Shown: positions 1 to 9,499 of the stretch, piece by piece
How positions within the stretch are numbered: the stretch's first letter is position 1
Layout: each line of letters opens with the position of its first letter
Assembly (NCBI GenBank): GCA_025558095.1
Contig: JAIVFI010000025.1
Coordinates: 558,001 to 622,000, forward strand
Direction: 5' to 3'
DNA: 64,000 nt
Source of the DNA: Hyaloraphidium curvatum SAG 235-1
Lineage: Eukaryota; Fungi; Monoblepharomycota
Program-made: the position numbers and the translations under genes
The notes under the pieces: model-generated
The model's database searches: none
What the model was told of the DNA's origin: nothing
The model's input: the letters and a program-made list of their open reading frames with translations, nothing else

Positions 1-141
1 GCGCTCGTTGGTGAGGGAGTTGGCGATCAGGAGGTCTGCCCGATTCTGCTCCGCCGAAGAAGGGCTGCCAGCAGGTCCCGAAGCGCGTGGGGTTGCAGGT
101 GGTGCTTTCTGGGCCCGGAGGATACCTTCCGAGGCGAGGTT

Positions 142-262
142 GTGCAGTCGCCGCTCGTCCGCGTACGCTGGAACAGCGCACCCTAAGGCGAAGGAGGCCG
201 CGCCATTAAGCAGGCGCAGGCCTCGGGCAACGCGCCCGATAGGAGGTCCGCAAACTCCCACG
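142..262 (+). repeat. ~120-bp hairpin-rich dispersed repeat, copy 1
   Basis: GTGCAGTCGCCGCTCGTCCGCG...GGAGGTCCGCAAACTCCCACG is the reverse complement of 3106-3219, apart from a 7-nt indel and about 1 substitution. Confidence 0.95.
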
Positions 263-308
263 AGGTTGGGCTCGAGCTTGGCGTGGCGCCTACCACGTAA
301 CCTCTGGA

Positions 309-1919
309 ATGGACCCGCTGCTGGAGCTGTCGCCGCCGCGAAGCCCACCCGTCGCAGGCAGCGACTTTTCGCCCGAGGAGTGGCTCGCGCTGCTGCCGTC
401 CGCGCCTCCGGACCTGGGACCACTGCGGCTCGCGCCGGGAACGGAGCCGACCGAGGATCCCCGCGCCGCCGCCCTGCGCAAGGAACGGCCGCTGACGCGC
501 TCGGCGCTGCTGTCGGGGCTGGCCGCCCTGTCACCGCCGCTGCGAACGCTGGCGCAGCTGCAGTTTGCCGCGCAGCCTTTCGGCAGGCGCTTCCCCGCCG
601 CCATCGTCTTCGACTTAGTGCTCATCGCTGCACTGCTCCCGTTCGTCTGGCTCGCTGGCGTATTCGGGACGATTCAATTCGCCGTGGGAACTGCGGCTCT
701 CTTCGGGCTGCTGCTGGCCTTCTTTGTGTCGGCCATCTGGTCCACCAGCTTCCGCAGCCGGTTCACCAACGCCGTGGGGAGGACGGCCTTGTTGGCGGGC
801 GCGTCCGCGGGCAGCGCCGAACCCGAAGTCAGCAACCACGCGCTCGCCGCTTTTGTGCGATACCAAGAGCTCAAGGAGTCGCGCGCGTCGCCAAAGGGTG
901 CCTTCTCCCAAAGTGCGCCGCGTCCTGCCGAATACCCCCACAAGAACGGCTATGTGCTCCTCGAGCACGACTCTGGCGACCCCATGTGCCCCTGTGACCT
1001 CCCTTCCTGCGCCGGGAAGCTGCCTCGTCAGGCCGTCTACTGGCGGCTGGCCTGGGTGGTCACTCTCGCCTCCCTCAACTACGCCCTCTTCCTCTTCTTC
1101 GCGTACACCCCGTTTGTCACTCTCCGCGCTACTTTTTGGAACACAGCCTGGTGCGCGGCGGCCGCGGCCATCTACTGCGCGTTCAATCTCGTCTTCTACG
1201 GCATCATGGCCAACGCGAGGTTTTCGGCCAACGTGTCCGCGCTCTCTCTCGGCTCGCGGCTCTCGCACCGTGCCATCGCCGCGTCTCTGCGTTCCCTCCT
1301 CTCTCGCCTCCATACCGCTCTGGAGGCCGGCCGTACTGCCGACGTTACATCTGCCCTGGCATCATCCGAAGAGTCGGACGAGCTTTACGTGCGTCTCCAC
1401 ACGATGCTCGTTCGAGCCTGGCGATCGCGCATTACCACATTATCATCGGGAGGCGGCTCTTTCCTCGTACTGTATTTCGGCACCAGCGTCGTCTGCGCGG
1501 TCGCCAACATCGCCGCAGGCAACTGCATCCCCGGCTACGGCGTCGTCATCTTTTCCCTGGGCATTTTCAACGTCCTCTGGGACATAATCCACTTTGCCGT
1601 GTCCAACTCAGGCGTCGATGGCGCCAGGAGACTGTACCTCGCGGCGCGGACCGACCTGCGCAAGGTGCTCGCGAGGCTGCCGGTCCCGCTGGACCCGGCG
1701 CGCGCCGAGTGGGCGGCCAAAGTCGAGCACCACGAGAGGCTGCTGTCGGCGTTTGCAGAAGTGGACGACTGCAGGTCGAGGTTCCTCGGCTTCGCGGTGA
1801 CCTACGGCACCGCGAGGACGCTCGTCGTGACGGGGCTGACGGTGTTCGTCGGGCTCTATTCGATCCTGCGGGGTGTCGGGGTCAGGGTCGTGGGCGATTT
1901 TGCGTGCCCGCCATTATGA
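309..1919 (+). CDS. 7-TM membrane protein of a lineage-expanded family; candidate gustatory-receptor-like / DUF3537-like (7TMIC) protein
   Basis: Intronless 536-aa ORF with about 7 hydrophobic segments; C-terminus RFLGFAVTYGTARTLVVTGLTVFVGLYSILR; two paralogs in the window. Confidence 0.8.
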   Translation: MDPLLELSPPRSPPVAGSDFSPEEWLALLPSAPPDLGPLRLAPGTEPTEDPRAAALRKERPLTRSALLSGLAALSPPLRTLAQLQFAAQPFGRRFPAAIVFDLVLIAALLPFVWLAGVFGTIQFAVGTAALFGLLLAFFVSAIWSTSFRSRFTNAVGRTALLAGASAGSAEPEVSNHALAAFVRYQELKESRASPKGAFSQSAPRPAEYPHKNGYVLLEHDSGDPMCPCDLPSCAGKLPRQAVYWRLAWVVTLASLNYALFLFFAYTPFVTLRATFWNTAWCAAAAAIYCAFNLVFYGIMANARFSANVSALSLGSRLSHRAIAASLRSLLSRLHTALEAGRTADVTSALASSEESDELYVRLHTMLVRAWRSRITTLSSGGGSFLVLYFGTSVVCAVANIAAGNCIPGYGVVIFSLGIFNVLWDIIHFAVSNSGVDGARRLYLAARTDLRKVLARLPVPLDPARAEWAAKVEHHERLLSAFAEVDDCRSRFLGFAVTYGTARTLVVTGLTVFVGLYSILRGVGVRVVGDFACPPL

Positions 1920-3105
1920 CCAACGTCGGTGGCATTAGGGTGTAATGTGATTTGAGCTCTGGATGACGATCAACTGCGGGATGGCTGCGATTCCTTGAAT
2001 CAGCGACCGGCGTCGCCCCGCACGGAAGGCAGAATAAATCCGCAGTTGATACAGAAGTAGATAAGCATTCCTGTCCCATTAAAGTGCCGCGTATTGTCGC
2101 ATTGGATCGAACTACTTGGCCGGGGCTTGCCGCGACCACCAGCCACTACACTCAGCTCAGCAGCTCGACACGGAAAGGCCCACCGAAATTCCCCCTCGCC
2201 GAAAGCATATCCTTTATAAGTCTCCGCAGCCCTTCTCCCCTCATCGCATCCGACGCGGTCTCGGTTACCACCCAACGAGGCAAGGGCCCGTGCTCGGGAG
2301 CCGCACCTCCGGGGGGGGAGCGCCGACGGCGGGGGCACGGGCGGGATGGGGGACGGCCGCCATCCACGCAACAAGGGGCCGGACCGGGTACCCTCCCGGT
2401 TAGAGAATGGAAAAGGGCGCGGAAGCCTGATCCCGCGAACTGAAACAGGCGGTGTCCGCGCACGCTTCGCGTGCCTTCTCCGGCGGGCTCCTTAACTGGA
2501 TACTCCGAGCTGCTTCCCTTGATGCGATACCTTTTGGCATCCAGCATTTGGATGCAATCGCTCTGCTGGTCGGGTTCGTGGGGTGGACGGTGCGCCGTGC
2601 AATTGGCATCGCGGTGACGGCAGAGATGGTTTGCCCGGCGCTTACGTGAGGCCGGCGCGGCGGTGCGGGCGAAAGACCTGAACCCAATTGCATTTTCGGA
2701 TTGTTGCCTCCTGTGTTGGAGTTCTAGAGCTTGTGTTTGAACGGCATCAAGTCCATTGCTTGCAGATCGCTTTCTTGCTCCTTCCAGCATTCTGCCTCGC
2801 CCTCACTCAGAAAAATGCAGTAGCCGATGACAATCGTCGCTTCACCCTGTTCTTCCTGTCCTTGTGATAAAGTCCTCGCAAGCTTGGCACGATCGCCAAA
2901 GTTAAGGGACACGCCGTACAGGCTAGGGATTCCGGCGTAACGGCGTGGCACCGTCTGCTGTTGGGGCGGACTGTTTCAGCCCGCGCAGATCGGTTGGCGC
3001 ACTGCACGATTCCCCGATGGCAATCAGGTTAGTGTGTGTTTGGGTTGCCTGAGCGCCGCCGCCGCCGAGAGACCAGCAACCGCGTCTGCCGACGCGACGA
3101 CGGTA

Positions 3106-3219
3106 CGTGGGAGTTTGCGGACCTCCTATCGGGCGCGTTGCCCGAGGCCTGCGCCTGCTTAATGGCGCGGCCTCGTTCGCCTTAGGGTGCGCTGTTACGC
3201 GGACGAGCGGCGACTGCAC
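3106..3219 (-). repeat. ~114-bp hairpin-rich dispersed repeat, copy 2 (inverted relative to 142-262)
   Basis: Direct sequence comparison with 142-262. Confidence 0.95.
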
Positions 3220-3266
3220 GATGACATAACGAGTCCGCGTCAGAAAACGAGGACACACCGACAAAC

Positions 3267-4148
3267 ATGCGTTCCGCCCTCTTCAGCGCCGTCGCAGCCC
3301 TTGCCGTCGTTGTGGCACTCTTGGGCGTGTGCGCCGCAGCGCCGGCCCAGCCGGCGGAGGCCCCCCTTACCCCGCGGGCCCCCGCCGTCCTCTTCGAGTC
3401 ATCCTGCGCGGGCTGCCCCCCGGATGCCTTCTGCGAGTTTGGGCGCGAAGGCACGCCTCCCGGTCATGTGGCCTGCGTCGATTACGGAGAGGACAGTGTG
3501 CACAACAGGCGCTCCCTGTACCGCCGCTACGAGGCTGACACCCCCGCCGCCGCCGTCGTGTCCACGGCCCAGGACCCCGAGTACCCGTACCAAGTTACGG
3601 GTTCGACCTGGATGGCCAGCGGCTTCAAGACTCCCGCCTCCGGCAAGCTCAAGCTCATCAAAATTGTCACCAAGCAGAGCGTGCTGTCGGGCTCTTCAGG
3701 AGGCCCTGTGACCCTGAAACTCGTCGGACACAATCCCACGGACGAGGTCCCCGACGTGTCGCAGCAGTTTTCCTCGGTGGCAGGTCAGACCGTCACCGCC
3801 CAGGATCCAAACTACCAGACCGTCGAGTACGACTTTGCGACGCCGGTGCAGCTATCTGCGTCAACCAACTACTGTAAGTTCCTTGCGCTGCCCCCTTTTC
3901 CCCAGCTTAATCGGAGTGCAGGGTTCGTTCTCCAAGACGCCGGATCCGGGGCGAACGTCGGCTTCATCGGCGCCACCCAGGACCCACCCTACGGGCCGCC
4001 CGCCACGTCGCACGGCTACGAGTTCACTGACACGGCCACGACCGACAACGCCGGGAGCTCCTGGACCAGGGGATGGTACCCGGACGCCGGAATCCCCGGC
4101 GGCGGCAACATGGGCTACCACGTGCAGGAGATTTGGGCGGACGAGTGA
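3267..4148 (+). CDS. Secreted protein with Cys-rich N-terminus and beta-sandwich (choice-of-anchor-R/DUF4082-like) domain
   Basis: Signal peptide MRSALFSAVAALAVVVALLGVCAA; in-frame 48-nt intron GTAAGT..GCAG at 3874-3921, whose removal gives FATPVQLSASTNYWFVL. Confidence 0.7.
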   Translation: MRSALFSAVAALAVVVALLGVCAAAPAQPAEAPLTPRAPAVLFESSCAGCPPDAFCEFGREGTPPGHVACVDYGEDSVHNRRSLYRRYEADTPAAAVVSTAQDPEYPYQVTGSTWMASGFKTPASGKLKLIKIVTKQSVLSGSSGGPVTLKLVGHNPTDEVPDVSQQFSSVAGQTVTAQDPNYQTVEYDFATPVQLSASTNYCKFLALPPFPQLNRSAGFVLQDAGSGANVGFIGATQDPPYGPPATSHGYEFTDTATTDNAGSSWTRGWYPDAGIPGGGNMGYHVQEIWADE

Positions 4149-4772
4149 TGGGCGGCTCGGTCCCGGCGGCAACGTGGGGCCTGGGCCTATGCTGCCAGGA
4201 AAGAATGTATAGATGCATCTAGCTTGAAGCAAGACTGGCCCGATCCCAAGCCTGTTGTGCTACCTCTTGCCAGAACTGCCTTTCGCCGGTTGGATCGTCC
4301 TCCGGAAAATCGAAGCCATACCGCGGCCATTACACCTCCACCAACCACAGCTTGTCGAGCTTCTTGAGGGCCGTCCCGATCTCTTCGCGATCGGGCCGTC
4401 CAAACAGGGGATTCCGCGGCCTGACGAGGTGGAGCTCCTCGATCGTGGGAGGAAGCATCGTGAGCAACCAGCTGGCAAACCAATTCAAGTACACATGAAG
4501 ATCGCTTGTTAGAGATTGTACATTGCTAGAGTAAGGGAAAGAATCCTCGTCTCTTCGTCAAGTCGGAGGCGGAAAGATGGTTTTGATCAGCCGCGCCATC
4601 TCCCCTCCAGGCTTCTCTGCTGCGACCACCAGCTCCCTCAGATTCACGCCGAGTTCCCTCGGGATCTTCCCCGGCACCTCGCTCCTGTAGTCATCCGGGG
4701 ATGCTCTGGTTTCCTCTGGCGCCAGCGGCTTCCGGTAGCGCGGGAGGACGAGCGCCAAGAGCGCGGCCCGAT

Positions 4773-5213
4773 CTAGTTCAGCCCCCTGGGCGAACCGTCC
4801 TTGAGCATCAAAGGCGGAAGAAACCCATGAGGCTCTGTGGGGTGTACTAGCCGTTTGGTGCCCAGCGCCGCTTTGTAGGGCCGCAGTGCCTCAAGCGCGG
4901 CGGCGCGGTAAAAGATGCCCGTGACGCAGAAGGGAGCAAAGGAAAGCAAAAGGACTTGGGACGTGTCGCCGTCGGGGTGAAACTCAACGACAGGCGGTAC
5001 TGCAATGGTGGCGACGAGCAGAGCGTCCAGGCGGGCGACCAGGGTCTGGTTGCCAGGGTTCTGGGGCGCATTGCTGATGCACGCTTCGACGCGCGCCACG
5101 CGCTGCTTCAGGGGTCCGGGCCCGGAGTGGCCGAAAAGGCATGTCTCAAGAGCCGAGACGATGCCATAGAGGGTGGCGGCGGAAGGCTGGCCGGGGGTTT
5201 GGTAGTTCGACAT
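4773..5213 (-). CDS. Hypothetical protein (may continue as broken frames toward ~4250)
   Basis: Protein-like ORF MSNYQTPG...; no recognisable motif. Confidence 0.3.
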   Translation of the reverse strand: MSNYQTPGQPSAATLYGIVSALETCLFGHSGPGPLKQRVARVEACISNAPQNPGNQTLVARLDALLVATIAVPPVVEFHPDGDTSQVLLLSFAPFCVTGIFYRAAALEALRPYKAALGTKRLVHPTEPHGFLPPLMLKDGSPRGLN

Positions 5214-5346
5214 TTTGACAGGTGAGGGAGCGAGCACCGTGAGCCCGGACAACGGCGCCGCGACGCGCGCGACCCGCAATCACGCTCAGCTCTGTAGAAT
5301 CAAAGGGATACGCGTGACAACACCGTGTAAGATCATGAATTTCACG

Positions 5347-6423
5347 ATGGCGCTGCCCCGAAGACCTCCGCGGCTGTGGTCTGCGGGATGCCGCGGCACG
5401 CTGCCGAACGTGCTGATCGCCGCGCACCATCGCCGCGCTCTCTCCGCGTCGCCGGAGAGACGCGCCATCGGGATTGGTCTCCTCGGCTGCGGCACCGTCG
5501 GCAGCGCGGTTGCCGCGCTCCTCTCGCGCCCGTCGAACCTCGCGCGCCGTCTCCCGGCCGACACGCCCCTCCGCATCGTCCTCGCCGCCCGCCGGAACCC
5601 CGCGCCGCTGGTTTCCCTCCCGCACGTGGAAGTCATCTCGGACCCGATCGCCGTAGCACGCGACCCCGAGGTCGACGTGGTCGTGGAGGTCATGGGCTCG
5701 CCCCGAGAAGCGGGACGCGCCGTCGAGGAAGCGCTGGAGCTGGGCAAGCCGGTCGTGACGGCCAACAAGTCCCTGCTCGCGTCGAGGCCGGATCTGTTTG
5801 ACCTCGCGCGGAGAAAAGGGGTGCCGCTGCTGTTCGAGGCCGCCGTCGCTGGAGGCATCCCCATCGTGTCGTTCCTGCGGACACACCTTGCCTGCTCGGA
5901 CGTGAGCGCAATCACCGCCGTGCTCAACGGGAGCACCAATTTCATCTTCGAGGCCGTCAACGCGGGCTCCCCGATCGACAAGGCAATGGATGAGGCGCGG
6001 AAACTGGGCTTCCTCGAAGCGGACCCGCGTGAGGACGTCGAGGGAATCGACGCGGGGAACAAGATCCGTTTGCTGCATCGACTGGCGTTCCCGGACTCGA
6101 AATCTGCCTTTTCGGCGACAGGAATCCTGGGCCTGCCCGCCCCACCTGAGGGCCGGAAGTGGCGTCTTCTGTGCCGCGCGACCGAGCGCGAAGCCACCGT
6201 CGCGCCGGCGCTCGTCGGGCCCGAGTCACCCTTCTGGGCCCTGCCCGGGGCGACCAACGCCGTTCTGATCGAGACCGACGTGGGGAACTACTTCCTCTCT
6301 GGGCCCGGAGCGGGCGGCATGCCGACGGCGGGGAGCGTCGTGGGGGACGTGGTGCGCTGCGTCGATTTCCTGGCCGCGAAGAGGAGGCCTGGGAAGTGGC
6401 TCGACAACTGGCCATCTGCATGA
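5347..6423 (+). CDS. hom: Homoserine dehydrogenase, bacterial type, no ACT domain, with Arg-rich N-terminal extension
   Basis: GLLGCGTVG, VVTANK, FEAAVAGGIP, LNGSTNFI, GFLEADP..DVEG.DA..K, GPGAGG.PTA; intronless. Confidence 0.93.
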   Translation: MALPRRPPRLWSAGCRGTLPNVLIAAHHRRALSASPERRAIGIGLLGCGTVGSAVAALLSRPSNLARRLPADTPLRIVLAARRNPAPLVSLPHVEVISDPIAVARDPEVDVVVEVMGSPREAGRAVEEALELGKPVVTANKSLLASRPDLFDLARRKGVPLLFEAAVAGGIPIVSFLRTHLACSDVSAITAVLNGSTNFIFEAVNAGSPIDKAMDEARKLGFLEADPREDVEGIDAGNKIRLLHRLAFPDSKSAFSATGILGLPAPPEGRKWRLLCRATEREATVAPALVGPESPFWALPGATNAVLIETDVGNYFLSGPGAGGMPTAGSVVGDVVRCVDFLAAKRRPGKWLDNWPSA

Positions 6424-6539
6424 ACATGGGGATTCCTTCTGCACGAAATCGGATCCAGCATTAGCCAAAACAGCCTGAAATAGGTACATTGACGACAATC
6501 AAATCCTTGCGCGAGCACATCCGGCCCTGTTCTCCTCGA

Positions 6540-8229
6540 TCACGAACCCCACAGGTGCGAGAACAGGTTCTTGAGCTTCTTGATCTCCCCCTGCGCCTGA
6601 CCGGGCGCCGGCGGCTTCCTGTACCCGTCCGACGTGGTCCTCGACACGGGCGCCGGCGCCGACTCCCGTCTCTGCCTCCCGGGCGGGTCCGGTACCGCCG
6701 GCGCGGGCCGCACGAAGCCCACCGACGCCTTGCGCGCGGCAGCCGCCGACGGCGCGCCCGTCGGGCCGGTTTCAGGTGGGTGGTGATTGCCCTCCGCGTC
6801 CGAATCGCTCTCGCTCTCCGACATGGAGCGCACCGGTCCCGGATCGACTCCGTTCTGCGGCCGCAGCGGCGGGCTCATGGGCGCGTCCGAGTCCAGAGAC
6901 CACTCGCTCGGCGATCCCGGCGCGCCCTCTGGAGCCGCCGCCGGCGAGAGTGTGGGTGACTCGGTGAGGCTCCAGCCCTCGGATATGAGGCGGCGCATGG
7001 TTCGAGAGGTGATGTTGTCCTGGTTGGCCCGGCCCTCGTGGCCTTCGGGGTCCGTGGAGGAGAAATGGGGCTTGGGGAACATGCCCGGGTCGGCCTCGTG
7101 GTTGAAGGTCTTGAGGAGGAGCTGGAAAGGGAGATCAGTAACCCCGTCGGCGCAGAAAGAGATCCAGGTTGAGAAATCTCACCCTATAGCCTTCGGAGAC
7201 GTTGATGCAGAACCACTCGTGGCTCAATGCCTCCTCCGCCGTCGGCCTCTTGGCCGGATCGGCCTCCAGCACCATGCGTAGGAAGGATTTGGCCACTTCC
7301 GAGACAGTGTACTCCCGCTCGGCATTCTTGTGCCCAGACTTTTCGGGCAGCTGGAAATCGACGTTCAGTATCCGCTTCTTGAGCGTTTCCATGTCGCGCG
7401 CCGATTCGAACGGCGTCTCGCCGTAGATAAGCGTGTAGGCCACCACGCCCAGGCTCCAAATGTCCGTCTTTTCGCCGTACGCCTCTCCCTTGACCATCTC
7501 CGGGCTGAGGTAGTACGGCGTGCCCGCCATCCTCCTCATCTCGCCCTCGCTCACGAAAAAGGCCGAGCCAAAGTCCATGAGCACCAGCGGCGACGACGTC
7601 GTGCGGTCCCGCAGGAGCAGGTTCGCCGGCTTCACGTCGCGGTGGACGATCCCGTGGCGGTGCACGAAGAGGAGGGCGTTGAGGATGGTCGCAACGGTCG
7701 ATGCCGCGGCCTTTTCGCTGAAGTGGCCGATCCGGTCGATGAGGGCGAGGAGGTCGCCCCCGGAACAGTACTCCATGACGAGAAAGTAGGAAGTCGCGGT
7801 CTCGAAGACGTCGACAATGTGGCAGAGGTTCTCCTGGGGTCGGACGTGTCAGCCGGTGCCGATCCCGCCGGGATCACGGCCTCCCACATGATTATTGACC
7901 GTCTGCAGCGCCCGCACTTCGTTGAAGAACGCCGCCTCCTTATCGCGTGGGGGTTGCCCATCGGAGCCCTTGCGTCCGGCGTCGTCCCCGTCCAACCGCT
8001 TCTTCAGCACCTCCTTCACGGCCACCAGGTCCCTTGTCCCGCGCACCCGGCACAGCCGCACGACGCCCGACGTGCCGTGGCCGAGCTCCTTGACGGTCTT
8101 GTAGTGTCCGAGCCTTCTCTTCCCCTCCTCGAACGAGGAGAACCTGGGCGTGCCCGACGGCGCCGGCGACTGCCCGTGGCCGCTGCCGGCCGATCCTAAC
8201 GAGCGCTGGCTGTCGGACCGCGGGCGCAT
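6540..8229 (-). CDS. Ser/Thr protein kinase, CAMK group (multi-exon)
   Basis: LGHGTSG, VAVK, HRDVKPANLL, DFG, GTPYYLSPE, DIWSLGV; intron ~7834-7887 and a second near 7120-7185; start codon uncertain. Confidence 0.9.
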
Positions 8230-8783
8230 CGCGGCGCTGCCGCGGGGGAGCGCCGAGAGCGCGTGGGGGACGCCTGGCTGTCGCGTGCCGTGTGCGCGGC
8301 CGGGGCACACCCGCCTAGCCGACGCCGACAAAAGGATGATGCCATTCCGTTGGAGCTTGATGCTCTCGGACATACTCTCAGAAAACGATGAAGGATGACA
8401 ATGAATGTCGAAAGTACCAGGATTGGGACACTCGATTGCCGAAGTCATCGTCCGAGCAACAGCATCCGTTGCGGTCTCGTTCGGTTGTTCAAGGGAGAGC
8501 GAGCCAGAGAGCTGTAACTTATGTATCACATCTATGAAGTAGACGACGTTGCTAACTCCTCGATCCGAAGTAGGAGGAAGATCGAAAAGTGTCGGTTGAC
8601 TGAATCTGCGACGGTCCAGCATCCGTTGGGCAACTTCCGCGATGCCGAAGATCATGATGACCATGGGTCCTTTAAGAGGTCTGTAGCGATTAAATCTTCA
8701 CCACGATGCGGGGCTGGACGGAGATTGGACGTAATGTGCCAGCTGGTTAGATTGCTTCGCACAAAAGCCAATGACATCACGCG

Positions 8784-9369
8784 CTACGACGCAACGGGAC
8801 ACACATTGTCCGCCACGACAGCCAGCCCCGCTCCCCTCAGCAAGCTCCACAGTCCCAGCGCGATGGTCGCGACGTGCTTCAACAGCACACTGTCTGGCTC
8901 GGCTTTGCACAGCTGTTGCCAGCGCACCAGGCCCGCTATTGCGTGGCCGGCGTAGTCGTCGGCCTTTCTTCCTGCCGCGGCCCCCCCGCCGAAAGCGTCG
9001 AGGCGTTGCACGAGAAACGTGATGGCGGCGAGGGCGCCGATGGCGACGCCGGTCTGCTGGCGGAGGAAGACGTGGCCCGCGAACTCGGCCGGCACGAAGG
9101 CGTAGAGTTTCGGTCGGCGCCAGCGGCACGAGCGCCGGCAAGCCCGTCCAGACGACCAAAGTGCGCCACGGCGCGTAGACTCTCAGGGCGATCGGGAAGA
9201 ACCGCACGGACGCCCGGAGCGGCGCGCTGGGGAGCGCTTCGAGGACCTCGGCGAGCGGCAGGGCGCGTCCCCCATCGTCCTCCCCGGGCCCAGCCAGGGC
9301 TGCGTCCTTCGGCGGTGGCAGCGACGGGAACAATGCCGCCCATTCGCGTGCGGTAAATGGTGGCGCCAT
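8784..9369 (-). pseudogene. Internally deleted, frameshifted paralog of the 309-1919 7-TM family
   Basis: FTAREWAALFPS matches FSPEEWLALLPS; GHAIAGLVRWQQL..VLLKH matches NHALAAFVRYQEL..VLLEH and is joined directly to the C-terminal TIALGLWSLLRGAGLAVVADNVCP. Confidence 0.8.
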
Positions 9370-9499
9370 AGTGGACGCGAACAGTTTTGGCTCGTCGTAC
9401 GACCAAGAATCGCCTGTGCGGATCTGCGGCCACGCGCGGTCCGCGACTCAGGCCGCGACCGCGGTCCCGGAACTCACCTTTTCTCGACTCAGGCCGCGC

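Noticed and set aside
142-262. HDV-like or hammerhead ribozyme in the inverted repeat element
   Set aside because: GGGCAAC and a P1-like stem are present, but there is no room for the nested P2/P3 pseudoknot and no CUGANGA/GAAA core.
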